Positions 27,952 through 37,409 are shown, counted from the first letter of the stretch. The stretch: 64,000 bases of DNA from Planctomycetia bacterium (GCA_005786805.1 SYCV01000057.1:56565-120564); one strand, 5' to 3'. Made by a program: numbers and translations. The notes: generated from the sequence alone by a model not told the origin.

Positions 27952-30893
27952 CGTGATCGACCCCCCGAGGAGCCAATTGTTTTTTGTGATAGTTCGGGCA
28001 TCAGTCCATATGATATCGCAAGTAATTGGGCCGGATGAAGTGTTTGTTTCTTTCCGAAATCTTCCATTTGGATCTTACAAGCGCTACATTCCGTTATACC
28101 CAACATCAAATCAGGTTTTTGCAAGTGGTCAAGCATGGGTTGACCGATGGCCTTGGATAGATTGAGGTTGGCGGTCTTTAGGCCATAGGTTCCGGCCATT
28201 CCCGAACATGAATCGGTTAAAGGTTCAAGTCTAAGTCCCGGTATTAATCCAAGAAGTTGTGCGGTTGTAAGAGGTTGCCCCAAGGCTTTTAAATGGCATG
28301 GTATATGTTGCCCCATGTTCAAATTAATTGGTGTGAAATCGGTTTTCAATAATCCCTGGATATGCAAATTCCAAAGGAAGCTGGTGAATTCTTCAATTTT
28401 ATTCGCGACCAGTTCAACATCCGCATCATCCAATAGACGTCCAGCATCCTGTTTAAAAAAGAGGGCCGCAGTGGGCTCAGAACAAATTATGGGGTAGCCT
28501 TCGCGTGCCAGTTCCGCAAAAACCCGCACATTTTGCCGGAGCGATTCCCTTGCATTATCAACATCACCCTGTGCCAATTGAGCCATTCCACATCCAACCT
28601 GACTCTCGGGCACATGAACTTCGATACCATTGTGATGAAGGACAGCGACCAGGGATTCAGCAATGGAGGGTTCGTGATAATTTGCGAAAACATCAACAAA
28701 GTATGCGACTTTGTTTTTTGTGGGCCCAGGTTTCCTGGTCAAGCCTCTTTTTTTGGCCCTTTTAATAAAGCTGGTACGGGTGAAGGACGGGATTTTTCGC
28801 GCCCGTGATATTCCAAACAGTTTTTCGATCAACCATCGGGAAAACAAGTTTTCCAACATAAGGTTGGAGATGGGGGCCATCATGCTGCCGAGGGCGGAAA
28901 AAAACTCCATACGCGATAATACCCAGTCCGATCTCTCGGTGGAGTGCATTTCAACATGGGATACCTTTGCTTCGAGCATTAGCCCCGGAATATCAACATG
29001 TGATGGGCATTCGATCGCGCACATTCTGCAATTTATGCATAAATCCGACACATCACGCATTTCATCGGAACTGAATAATTGCCTGTCGATTGGGGATCCC
29101 AACAATAGTCGTGTAAGATTTGCCTTGGCGCGGGGAGATGCATGTTCATTTTGCAAAACCTTGTTGGTGGGACACATTCTTTTCGAGTTACTTTGGGTTT
29201 TGCAAAGACCACATCCGTTACAATGAGATGATTCAACAAGTGGTGATGTTTCTCTCCATTTTAGAATAGGGATATGTGTGGACGAGGTTTCTGTTGTCGT
29301 TTCAGTCGGGTTTTCAAAATTTCCAATGGTTCTGAAAGGCCATATAGGGATTTCAGAAGATGTGCCCACGACCTTCCCGGGATTAAACTGATTATAAGGA
29401 TCAAACAGAGCCTTGATTTTTTGCAGCGCGGGTAGGATCTCCGCGGATAATTTAGCCTGCCAAGGTAGACGTGAAAATCCCAATGCCTCCTGGCAGGAAA
29501 GCGATCCATTTAATTCATGCACTAAACCGAAAATATTGTCAGCAAGAGACCAAAGCCTTGAACTTTCCTTGGCTTGTTGAGGGGTGCCCAATATGCGTAA
29601 TTGAACCTGCCCCGTACCCGGACAAATGGCATAGACCGCCGTGGACTCATGTTCCTTGAGCAAAGTTGTGAGTTGATCAAGGAATACTTCGAGTTTATCA
29701 GGTGGTATTACCAAGTCCTCGATCAACTGTAAAAAAGTTTCAGACCCATTTACCCTTGCAAGCGACTTTAAAGCCACTTCCCTTAACCTCCAAGGGTTCG
29801 GGTTTTTATTATCCATGCAATGGTAGCTTCGAATGGGATTTATTGAGTGGCCAGCAAGGGCTTTGTCAAATTCCTGAATGGCTATATTATTTTCAGAATC
29901 CGAAAAACATAAAAGCATCACCGCGTTAGATTCCGGATGAATCCATTCCGCGCAGAGATTATCCACTGCCTTTGCAAGACTGAAAAACCGATGTTCCAGG
30001 ATGTCACAAAGGCTTGGAGAATGCTTTAGCGCAATTCGGGCTGCATCTAGGCATTCTTGAAGGGTTCTGAAACAGTAAAGGCCCCACTCGAAGTTATCCT
30101 GTTTTTCACGAAGTTTTATCTTGGCTTCTAATATTATGCCCAAGGTGCCTTCCGCACCAAGAAAGACCCTTAGTAAATCATTGTTACCGGATTGAATTAT
30201 TTCTTGGAGATTATAATTTCCATGGGGAAAGGGCAATGATGAAACCTTGGTTGTGAGTTCTGTTTTTTGCTCCTCCAGAAAAAAAGAAAAACGATCCTGT
30301 ATGATTTCAGCCCGGGATACTTTTTCTTTTGAAGTGTCATCCGTGTGGGAATTGTTTTCAAACCAACATATTGAACCATCATCCATCACGACTTTAAGCG
30401 CAATCACATGATGCCTTGGGTGTCGGTCAGCCAGAAGGAAAGGGCCGGTCGCATCAGATGACAACCAGCCACCAAGAGTCCGTTCTTCATTCCATGGTGA
30501 GGAGGGGACCCTGAATTTGGTGGATTTGATAAAGTCTGATATTTGTTTGATTGTCACCCCGCATTCCGCATGAAGAATTCCGTTTTCAACTTGTATGATG
30601 TTTTTAAAGTTTTTTGACAAGTCTATGACAATACCATTTCCCAAAGCGGCCCCACTGGTGCCGGTTCCAGCCCCCCTTGGTATTAAGGGTAATTTCTTTT
30701 CGAATGCATATTTCACCAGGGCACTAACATCCTGCTGGTTAAGAGGAATTACAACCGCAAGGGGAATAACTTCAAATGGTGAAGCATCGCAGGAATAAAG
30801 CCGTATCGAAATTGGGTCGGTCAATACTTTGCCTGAGATGATTCCTTTAAGGTCATCGGAAATTATTTCACGAATTGCTGGTTCCTGGGGCAA
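27948..30893 (-). CDS. YdiJ/GlcD-GlcF fusion-type FAD-linked oxidase with 4Fe-4S and CCG (Cys-rich) domains
   Basis: N-terminal PCMH FAD-binding motifs (IPRGAGTGTSGAALG). Two ferredoxin-type Cys clusters (CNGCGLCKTQ...C, CINCRMCAIECP). C-terminal CCG-type repeats (PES.VGCGMA, TD.SCSGMAG, TECSACK). Apparent TTG start. Its stop overlaps the moaD ATG (ATGA). Confidence 0.8.
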   Translation of the reverse strand: MPQEPAIREIISDDLKGIISGKVLTDPISIRLYSCDASPFEVIPLAVVIPLNQQDVSALVKYAFEKKLPLIPRGAGTGTSGAALGNGIVIDLSKNFKNIIQVENGILHAECGVTIKQISDFIKSTKFRVPSSPWNEERTLGGWLSSDATGPFLLADRHPRHHVIALKVVMDDGSICWFENNSHTDDTSKEKVSRAEIIQDRFSFFLEEQKTELTTKVSSLPFPHGNYNLQEIIQSGNNDLLRVFLGAEGTLGIILEAKIKLREKQDNFEWGLYCFRTLQECLDAARIALKHSPSLCDILEHRFFSLAKAVDNLCAEWIHPESNAVMLLCFSDSENNIAIQEFDKALAGHSINPIRSYHCMDNKNPNPWRLREVALKSLARVNGSETFLQLIEDLVIPPDKLEVFLDQLTTLLKEHESTAVYAICPGTGQVQLRILGTPQQAKESSRLWSLADNIFGLVHELNGSLSCQEALGFSRLPWQAKLSAEILPALQKIKALFDPYNQFNPGKVVGTSSEIPIWPFRTIGNFENPTETTTETSSTHIPILKWRETSPLVESSHCNGCGLCKTQSNSKRMCPTNKVLQNEHASPRAKANLTRLLLGSPIDRQLFSSDEMRDVSDLCINCRMCAIECPSHVDIPGLMLEAKVSHVEMHSTERSDWVLSRMEFFSALGSMMAPISNLMLENLFSRWLIEKLFGISRARKIPSFTRTSFIKRAKKRGLTRKPGPTKNKVAYFVDVFANYHEPSIAESLVAVLHHNGIEVHVPESQVGCGMAQLAQGDVDNARESLRQNVRVFAELAREGYPIICSEPTAALFFKQDAGRLLDDADVELVANKIEEFTSFLWNLHIQGLLKTDFTPINLNMGQHIPCHLKALGQPLTTAQLLGLIPGLRLEPLTDSCSGMAGTYGLKTANLNLSKAIGQPMLDHLQKPDLMLGITECSACKIQMEDFGKKQTLHPAQLLAISYGLMPELSQKTIGSSGGRSR

Positions 30894-31154
30894 ATCTGCT
30901 TACTCCTGATCGTTTTCTGAATAACTAGTCAAATTTGATTTTTCAAAATCACTAACAAATAATCATAAATATTGGTGTATCGTTGTTTCCAAGAACAAAT
31001 TGAAATAAAAATATCAGGATTTTTTGATGTCATTTTCTAACAATTCATTCATAAGACATTTTTGCAATGTTTGACAAAACACAAGATGATTATAATTGAA
31101 TATTTTGATTGATGTTATGATTAACTTTTGCCCTTTGGTATATTGGCTAACATT

Positions 31155-32378
31155 ATGAAAGTTTTTGTTGTGATTTTAAAAGGTGCCAATACCGCGTTTT
31201 TGCCATGTTATGGCAATAATTGGGCACAACTTCAGAATCTTAATGTGATCGCGGCGCAAAGCCTGGTTTTAAACCAATATTATTGCAGCAGGTATGATGA
31301 GGCTGAAATTAGAAAAATTTGGTCTGATGGGGTTTTTCAAACTGCAAATAATTACCCAAACAAAAATCCAAGCTGGATTGAAGTTTTAAAAAACAAAGGA
31401 TGGACTACAGATTACATTGGTGTTGAAAATAAATCTGATAATAATTTTTTCGCATCGATCTTTAATAGCAGGGTATTTCTGGAACCTCAAAATTTGAAAG
31501 CTTTGGACTTTCATCAGGAAATGATTGCCTTGAACGGTTTCAAAAACAAAAATCAAAACTCCTTGATATGGATTGAAGTCTCATCATTGCTTCCCCCATG
31601 GAATTCAGCAAAAGAATTTTTGGATCCAATCCAAGAGGAACTTCAGGATTATTTCCTAGGGAGGGAGGAAGTTGAAGAAGATGAGGAATTTCCAGTTCCT
31701 GTCCTAAATCCAATTGAGGGGTTTCAATCAATTGATGATAAGACGTTTCTTGCATTGTCTTCAGGTTGCGCGTTGGCTTGGACCGCAGTTGATGACATGC
31801 TGGGTGCCATGGTTGCTTCCATCCAGGAAAAATATGGCGAAAATGAATTCAGTGTAGTGATAACTTCTGACAGGGGTAGTGGAACATGCCAGCATGAGGT
31901 TCTAGGTACAAACCCAGATTGGCTGTTTCGGGAATTTTCACACCTTCCCTTTCTCCTTTATCAGCCAAACTTGGGTAAGGGGGGGCAGAGAAGAGATGGG
32001 TATTTTCAGGATGTGGACTTGGTTCCAACTCTGGCGGATATATGCGGTCTCTCGGTTGATGGTTTTTTCGGGAAGTCAATTCTGCAAACTGATTTTCTTG
32101 AGGATTCTCCCAGAAGATTCGCTTACACCCAAGATTCGAGGACAGGTTCAAAAGTGTTCAGGACACCTTCAAGGGCGTTTTTTTACAGGCCTTCGGGAAA
32201 TGAAGGTGGAGAATCCCTCACAAAGTATTTTGTCATACCTGATGATATCTTGGAGATTAATGATATCTCCAAGACAGAAATTGATTATCAGGAAAAAATA
32301 GTTGAATCAATTCTCATGCTCGATCAGGAGGGATTTTTTGCGCAGAAAAAAATAGAAGCGCTCTTGGATTTGAATTAA
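31155..32378 (+). CDS. sulfatase/alkaline-phosphatase-fold protein, apparently catalytically degenerate
   Basis: MKVFVVILKGANTAFLPCYGN and ITSDRGSG resemble sulfatase N-terminal and SDHG regions. The metal-binding DD and the C/S-x-P-x-R nucleophile motif are not present (YYCSRYD). Start at the internal ATG (Met10). Confidence 0.55.
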   Translation: MKVFVVILKGANTAFLPCYGNNWAQLQNLNVIAAQSLVLNQYYCSRYDEAEIRKIWSDGVFQTANNYPNKNPSWIEVLKNKGWTTDYIGVENKSDNNFFASIFNSRVFLEPQNLKALDFHQEMIALNGFKNKNQNSLIWIEVSSLLPPWNSAKEFLDPIQEELQDYFLGREEVEEDEEFPVPVLNPIEGFQSIDDKTFLALSSGCALAWTAVDDMLGAMVASIQEKYGENEFSVVITSDRGSGTCQHEVLGTNPDWLFREFSHLPFLLYQPNLGKGGQRRDGYFQDVDLVPTLADICGLSVDGFFGKSILQTDFLEDSPRRFAYTQDSRTGSKVFRTPSRAFFYRPSGNEGGESLTKYFVIPDDILEINDISKTEIDYQEKIVESILMLDQEGFFAQKKIEALLDLN

Positions 32379-32719
32379 CCTGGAGGCCAACCCAGGTTTC
32401 GTCCACCAAGCAAATGCATGTGAATGTGTGGCACGGTTTGCCCACCAGATTCGTTGCAATTTAGCACAAGTCTGTAACCCTTTTCCAAGCCCATTTCCTT
32501 TGCTATTTTTGTCGCCACCATGTGAAGATGCCCCATCAGGGATGAATCCTCTGGTGTCAAGTCTGCATGGGTTCTTATTTCTTTTTTTGGGATTATCAAA
32601 ATGTGAACTGGCGCTTGCGGGTTTATGTCGTTGAAAGCAAGACATTCGGAATCCTCGTGGATTATGGTCACGGGAATTGTCTTTGATATGATTTTTAAAA
32701 ATATGTTTTCACGAAGCAT
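32375..32719 (-). CDS. HIT-family (histidine triad) nucleotide-binding protein
   Basis: IFLKII...IP..I..ED....AF.DI.P.AP.H.L.IPK and the histidine triad VPHIHMHLLGG. Start at the internal ATG (Met24). Confidence 0.88.
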   Translation of the reverse strand: MLRENIFLKIISKTIPVTIIHEDSECLAFNDINPQAPVHILIIPKKEIRTHADLTPEDSSLMGHLHMVATKIAKEMGLEKGYRLVLNCNESGGQTVPHIHMHLLGGRNLGWPPG

Positions 32720-32779
32720 TGTTGACCCCCTTATGTTATAGATCAGAATATTAAATTTTTGGAATACTTCGAGAAGCTT

Positions 32780-33739
32780 ATGAGCCAAACAAATGATGAT
32801 TCTCGCACTTGGATTGTGGGAATGGATGAGGCTGGTTATGGGCCAAACCTGGGGCCTTTTGTAATGGCTGGCGTTATTGCCAATTGGAAAGCTGAAGGGG
32901 ACTGGGTTGAGTCATTTAAAAATTTATGTCGATCCGCATCAAATAAAAAAGACATCACAAGGCCCCTGGTGGATGATTCGAAAAAAGCGTATTCAAAAGA
33001 AGGCGTAGAGGGACTGGAAAGAACGGTCGCGTCTTTTTTTGAACTTGGACAAAACATGGGACAATGTCTCAATGAAAAATCCGTTCATGGATTGGAGCAT
33101 TTAATCCATGAGCCTTGGTTTAAACCGGAGGAAAATACATTTTTCCCTGGAATAGACCCGGAAGCCCTTTATTCCACCAACAGCAGAAATTTTGCCTCGA
33201 TTGGTTTTGAGTCCTTTGATTGCAGGTTTTTTATTTTGCCCTCCCTTGTTTTCAATCAAATTGTCGAAAAAAATGATAATAAAGGAGCCGTGCTCTCGGC
33301 TGGAATGATAAGCATTTTCAAGCATTTGGAAAATTTATTTTCCTCTGGAGATGCAATCCATGGGTTTGTTGATAAACACGGAGGGAAAAACAATTACTCC
33401 GCCACATTGCAGAATATCCTGAACAAGGGATTGATCCTAGCCGGCCAGGAGGGGGTTTATGAAAGTAATTACAAGTCAATGGGGGCGGATCAAGATTGGA
33501 ATTTCAGGATACTTCCCAAGGCAGATGTTAAATTTCCCATGGTGGGATTGGCCAGCATGCTTGCAAAATGGATGCGGGAAAGATTGATGAGCCAGTTTAA
33601 TGCCTATTGGGCTGAGCAGGTTCCGGGAATATTACCCACGGCAGGATATCCAGGTGATGCCCCAAGATTCTACGATTTGATTAAAGAAAAAGCTCAGGCT
33701 CTGGGAATGACCAGGGAGAAGGTTTGGCGTAACAGATAA
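32780..33739 (+). CDS. divergent, elongated RNase HII (RNase H2)-fold protein
   Basis: VGMDEAGYGPNLGPFVMAGV (compare G.DE.GRGP..GP.V), VDDSKKAY (DSKKL), FVDKHGG, and LASMLAKWMRERLM (ASI.AK..RD..M). At 319 aa it is well above the ~200 aa of canonical RnhB. Confidence 0.6.
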   Translation: MSQTNDDSRTWIVGMDEAGYGPNLGPFVMAGVIANWKAEGDWVESFKNLCRSASNKKDITRPLVDDSKKAYSKEGVEGLERTVASFFELGQNMGQCLNEKSVHGLEHLIHEPWFKPEENTFFPGIDPEALYSTNSRNFASIGFESFDCRFFILPSLVFNQIVEKNDNKGAVLSAGMISIFKHLENLFSSGDAIHGFVDKHGGKNNYSATLQNILNKGLILAGQEGVYESNYKSMGADQDWNFRILPKADVKFPMVGLASMLAKWMRERLMSQFNAYWAEQVPGILPTAGYPGDAPRFYDLIKEKAQALGMTREKVWRNR

Positions 33740-33741
33740 AC

Positions 33742-34047
33742 TTAAATTCTTTCGATTTTTGTGTTGTCATCAACTGTGAAACTGCTCAATTCGCCGTTAT
33801 CCTTGGTGAAATGAACGCAAACAACAACGATGTCGTCTTCCGGAATACGATCGGTTGCAATTCCAGTGGAAAGAAAATTGAAATGGCTGAAAGTCCCCTC
33901 AACGGGTGCCATCCAAGTCGCGGAACTACCCACACGAAGTCTTAATGTGACCCTGATCCGTTCACCTTTTTTAAGAGACTTCAGAGTCTTTGAAATTTCT
34001 GGAGTAAGAGTCCGGGTGGATGATTGAATCAATTCCTGATCGTTCAT
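33742..34047 (-). CDS. hypothetical small protein (101 aa), translationally coupled to ilvN
   Basis: Its ATG overlaps the ilvN stop (TAATG). Beta-rich sequence with no recognisable motif. Confidence 0.55.
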   Translation of the reverse strand: MNDQELIQSSTRTLTPEISKTLKSLKKGERIRVTLRLRVGSSATWMAPVEGTFSHFNFLSTGIATDRIPEDDIVVVCVHFTKDNGELSSFTVDDNTKIERI

Positions 34048-34544
34048 TAACTACGAACCTCCTTGCTGCCTTTGCCACGAACCAAGGCGATCCTGCCGGT
34101 GCGTGCAAGTTCAATAATTCCGTAAGGGCGCATTAATTCAATAAAGGCAACCACTTTTGTCTCTTGGCCACTGATTTCAATTACTAGAGATTCCGTGCCG
34201 ATGTCAACAACCTTTCCACGAAACATCTCAACAAGCAGGGAAATTTCAACTCTTTGACTTGGCATTGCCTGTACTTTGATGAGCATAAGGTCGCGTTCAA
34301 TGAAATTTTCAGAACTGATGTCGTCAACTCGGACAGCGGTGACCACTTTGTCAAGTTGTTTTCGGACCTGTTCAAGTTCAGCATTGGTTCCATGAACGAC
34401 AAAAGTCATTCTGGAAAGATTTTTGTCTTCGGTTTCACCGACAGCGAGACTTTCAATGTTAAAGCCGCGGGAGGCAAGCATTCCAGAAATGTGCGCAAGC
34501 ACACCGGGTTGATTTTGAACCAAAGCAGAAAGTACATGACGCAT
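34047..34544 (-). CDS. ilvN: acetolactate synthase small (regulatory) subunit
   Basis: MRHVLSALVQNQPGVLAHISGMLASRGFNIESLAVGETED..LSRMT.VV (ACT domain), plus the C-terminal ALS_ss_C region (VVDI......IE.SG, ELARTGRIAL.RG). Confidence 0.92.
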   Translation of the reverse strand: MRHVLSALVQNQPGVLAHISGMLASRGFNIESLAVGETEDKNLSRMTFVVHGTNAELEQVRKQLDKVVTAVRVDDISSENFIERDLMLIKVQAMPSQRVEISLLVEMFRGKVVDIGTESLVIEISGQETKVVAFIELMRPYGIIELARTGRIALVRGKGSKEVRS

Positions 34545-34695
34545 AGGACATCTCCAAATGTAATATGGTAGGTATATTGGGAAAGTGGGATTGTAGCAAT
34601 AAGCAGTGTGATTTTTCTTGTGAATTCGGATCCATGGTGTTGTAATAACCGTGTTTAAATAAGACAGCTCTTTAAATTGGTCATCCAGGTGATAA

Positions 34696-36057
34696 ATGAA
34701 TATTCAAGAAATACTCGAAGTAATCAAGGATAAGAAATTGATTTCCATGAAGGAAATCGAAAATGTGAAACTACGGTGGTTCCATGCAAACCGGGTGGAA
34801 TCCTCTGATGTGAAATTGTTTTTAAAATGGCTGGTGTTGAATAAGTTCTTGAGTGAATTTCAGGCCCAGATGCTAGTATCGGGCAGGGTTGGGGCATTAA
34901 AAATTGAAGATTACAATGTGCTAGAGATAATAAAAACCGGAGCATACACCGGTAGTTTGAGAGCACAAAGTCCGTTGGGTGAGCAATTTATAATTCAGTT
35001 CATACGCGATGAAGTGATTAAAGACCGTGATTTACTAAAGAAATTTCTTGGGCAATTGCAAACTGGAGTGAAGATAAGCCACCCCAATCTTGCAACTTTG
35101 GTTGAAAAAGGGCAATGCAATGGTCATATGTTTATCGTCAGAGAATTCATTGAGGGAGATAGCTTGGATGTGATTATCTCCAAACGAGGTAAAATACAGT
35201 ACCAAAGTGCCGCGAAAATCATGGCAATTGTCATGAATTCGGTTGCTTTTGTTCAGGAAAAATCATTGCCCGCTGGCAATCTTCTTTTGTCAGATGTGAT
35301 TCTTGCGGTGAATAAAAATCAGCCCAAGGGGCCTAAAACCGTAAAGATCGTGAATAATTTCATTTCACCATCAATGATTTCCGCGGAGGTTAAAGTTTCA
35401 CAGGATGGTTTTTTTGTTCCCTCAAGTAATGGTTTAAGTTTGCAGGCTGGTATTGATCTGAGTTTGGTAGATGAAAACCTTCAAGTGGGGAAATTGCTCT
35501 ACAGTTCGTTGGTGGGAAAGCGGTCTTCTGATTTTGAAAAATCCGTTTCTGTTCCCGCTGTCAGTGCCTCCGCCCCGGAAGTGCCCGAACAATTAGCATC
35601 TCTCGCGGAACAAATGCTTTCCTCAAATGTCTCTGAAAGGCCCGCGAAAATTGCCCATGCAGCCAAGGTTATTCGAGTGTTTTTGGCGGCTGAGGAAGAA
35701 GGCCTTGCATCCCAAAATGATGAATATATCGCAGTGCCCTATGTTCCAACCGTTCCGGTCATTGAAAATGTTGAAGCTAGGAACAGGCTAAGTTTCGAAT
35801 CAGTTAAGGGTGGTAACCCCGAGGATGAGGATTTCTCAATCAAAAAAATAGTTGAGGAATTCAGGCCAGATGTGAGGGATTTGACATTTTTAGGATTAGG
35901 TTCCGTGCTAAGTCTTTTGCTTGTTTCGTTTTTGCATTTAATTACCGGCTGGCATTTCATGAGCCTGGTTTGTCTGATCGTAGGCGGGGTGATTTCTTAT
36001 TCAGTTGAATTATTTTCCAAGTGGCGTAACCAGCAAGATAGCCAGGTCTTGGATTAG
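34696..36057 (+). CDS. Ser/Thr-protein-kinase-like protein, probable pseudokinase, with a C-terminal membrane anchor
   Basis: Kinase-like core (HPNLATLVEKG, MFIVREFIEGDSLDVII). The Gly-loop is degenerate (KTGAYTG), the VAIK Lys is absent (FIIQFI), the HRD loop is replaced by LPAGNLLLSDVIL, and there is no DFG. Two predicted C-terminal TM helices (FLGLGSVLSLLLVSFLHLI, SLVCLIVGGVISY). Confidence 0.65.
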   Translation: MNIQEILEVIKDKKLISMKEIENVKLRWFHANRVESSDVKLFLKWLVLNKFLSEFQAQMLVSGRVGALKIEDYNVLEIIKTGAYTGSLRAQSPLGEQFIIQFIRDEVIKDRDLLKKFLGQLQTGVKISHPNLATLVEKGQCNGHMFIVREFIEGDSLDVIISKRGKIQYQSAAKIMAIVMNSVAFVQEKSLPAGNLLLSDVILAVNKNQPKGPKTVKIVNNFISPSMISAEVKVSQDGFFVPSSNGLSLQAGIDLSLVDENLQVGKLLYSSLVGKRSSDFEKSVSVPAVSASAPEVPEQLASLAEQMLSSNVSERPAKIAHAAKVIRVFLAAEEEGLASQNDEYIAVPYVPTVPVIENVEARNRLSFESVKGGNPEDEDFSIKKIVEEFRPDVRDLTFLGLGSVLSLLLVSFLHLITGWHFMSLVCLIVGGVISYSVELFSKWRNQQDSQVLD

Positions 36058-37409
36058 CGGTTTCCCGCTGTTTCAATCCTTAGGACATCGAGCCATTGGT
36101 CATTGACAACAGGAATATTACGAATCAAATTCGGTTCGTCCGCAAAAAATGCCATTCCCAGATAAATCTTGTCACGCCCCATTTTTACAGTTCCATTTGC
36201 AACGATCCAATTTGATTTGGTTCCCTTTGGTTCCGGAACACGGATGTTTTGCAAAAATAACTGAGTGAATCCTTCCGGGCTGTATTGGGGTTCCCAAATT
36301 CTCACACGGGGGTAATCCCTACTCGAAATATCCCCCAGTCCGGGCAGTATGTAATCCAAGATCGCCTCAGATTGTTCCTCGTGTAAATCTGGCCCTGACC
36401 CTCCAGCTTTTGCAAGGATTATCAGGTAAATTCGTGAGGGTATTCCTTTGACAGTGACCCGTTCTTTTCCCGGTAGGTTCATGGGCGGTGTCATTTTAGC
36501 CAAGTCTTCAAAAAGTGCGCCCGCTTTCCATTGCTCTGAGGATAACAGTCTTTTTTTCTTATTTGGATTACCTTTTCTGAAACTCCGTTTGATTTTTTTC
36601 CAGATTGATCTTGCCCAAAAGAAAAAGATCACTGTTAAAAGGCCGATAACCAACCACCACCCCCCCGAATCTAGAAATTGGTTTATGGGTGCGGGTAGTC
36701 GGTCGGTGATTGGCTTGAGGTTTTCCTTCAAGTCTTTAAGCATTGGATCGGTCCTTTCGTGTAACCTTTGAAGACTTGTTTTTACAGTTTCATTTGTTTC
36801 CTTTACAATTTCATCGGATTTTGGATTATTCGCAATTTCCTCATATTTTTTATGGATGGCATTTATGTCAATGTGGGTGATGGAAGAATGCCCAAGTATA
36901 TCACTGATGAAATGGATCATGTTGCTTATGATGAAAAGTGCGAAAAGATTTGCGGCCCATTGGAGTGCGAAAATAAATATCGCTTTTCTAAATGGGATTG
37001 TCAGAAATAAAACCTGTAAGATTCCGGCAATTGCAACCACTATCAAAATAAGTGTGAATCTAATGAATGGTACGAAGGAAACAACCGCCCATTTGATTGG
37101 TAAGGCAGTGGTCAACCACTGTGCAAAGCCAAATCCGGGTTGTCCATAAGGTGTGCGTTGTATTGTTTGACTGTCTCTGATTGCCAATAAAATCAAATAA
37201 GAGAGAATATCAAACGCCACATAAGCACCCAAGGCAACTACTGGCACTATCAACATGGATTTTTTAAAAGACGGTGCTTCCTCGTTAAAAATTATCAGGC
37301 ATTTCCTAAGAATATATGCCGTGACTGGAAGTCCCAAAACCATCAGGGTTATGAAAGAAACCCATTGGGTTTCAGTGAGATGCAAATGCAAGATATTATC
37401 CATGGTCAA
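36054..37409 (-). CDS. hypothetical polytopic membrane protein with a soluble C-terminal domain
   Basis: About 5-6 hydrophobic helices in the first 180 aa, a charged coiled segment, another TM (WWLVIGLLTVIFFFW) and a ~190-aa C-terminal domain. No known motif. Confidence 0.6.
   Translation of the reverse strand: MTMDNILHLHLTETQWVSFITLMVLGLPVTAYILRKCLIIFNEEAPSFKKSMLIVPVVALGAYVAFDILSYLILLAIRDSQTIQRTPYGQPGFGFAQWLTTALPIKWAVVSFVPFIRFTLILIVVAIAGILQVLFLTIPFRKAIFIFALQWAANLFALFIISNMIHFISDILGHSSITHIDINAIHKKYEEIANNPKSDEIVKETNETVKTSLQRLHERTDPMLKDLKENLKPITDRLPAPINQFLDSGGWWLVIGLLTVIFFFWARSIWKKIKRSFRKGNPNKKKRLLSSEQWKAGALFEDLAKMTPPMNLPGKERVTVKGIPSRIYLIILAKAGGSGPDLHEEQSEAILDYILPGLGDISSRDYPRVRIWEPQYSPEGFTQLFLQNIRVPEPKGTKSNWIVANGTVKMGRDKIYLGMAFFADEPNLIRNIPVVNDQWLDVLRIETAGNR

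Noticed and set aside
27680-29226. Plus-strand ORFs of 161 aa (27680-28165) and 171 aa (28711-29226)
   Set aside because: They are antisense to moaD and to the YdiJ-like oxidoreductase, both of which have clear family motifs. The translations are low-complexity and motif-free.
31071-31096. Consensus sigma-70-like hexamers TTGACA and TATAAT upstream of the sulfatase-like gene
   Set aside because: The spacer is only 14 nt, against an optimum of 16-18. The region is generally AT-rich, so chance matches are likely, and promoter rules for this lineage are unknown to me. I therefore did not report it as a feature.
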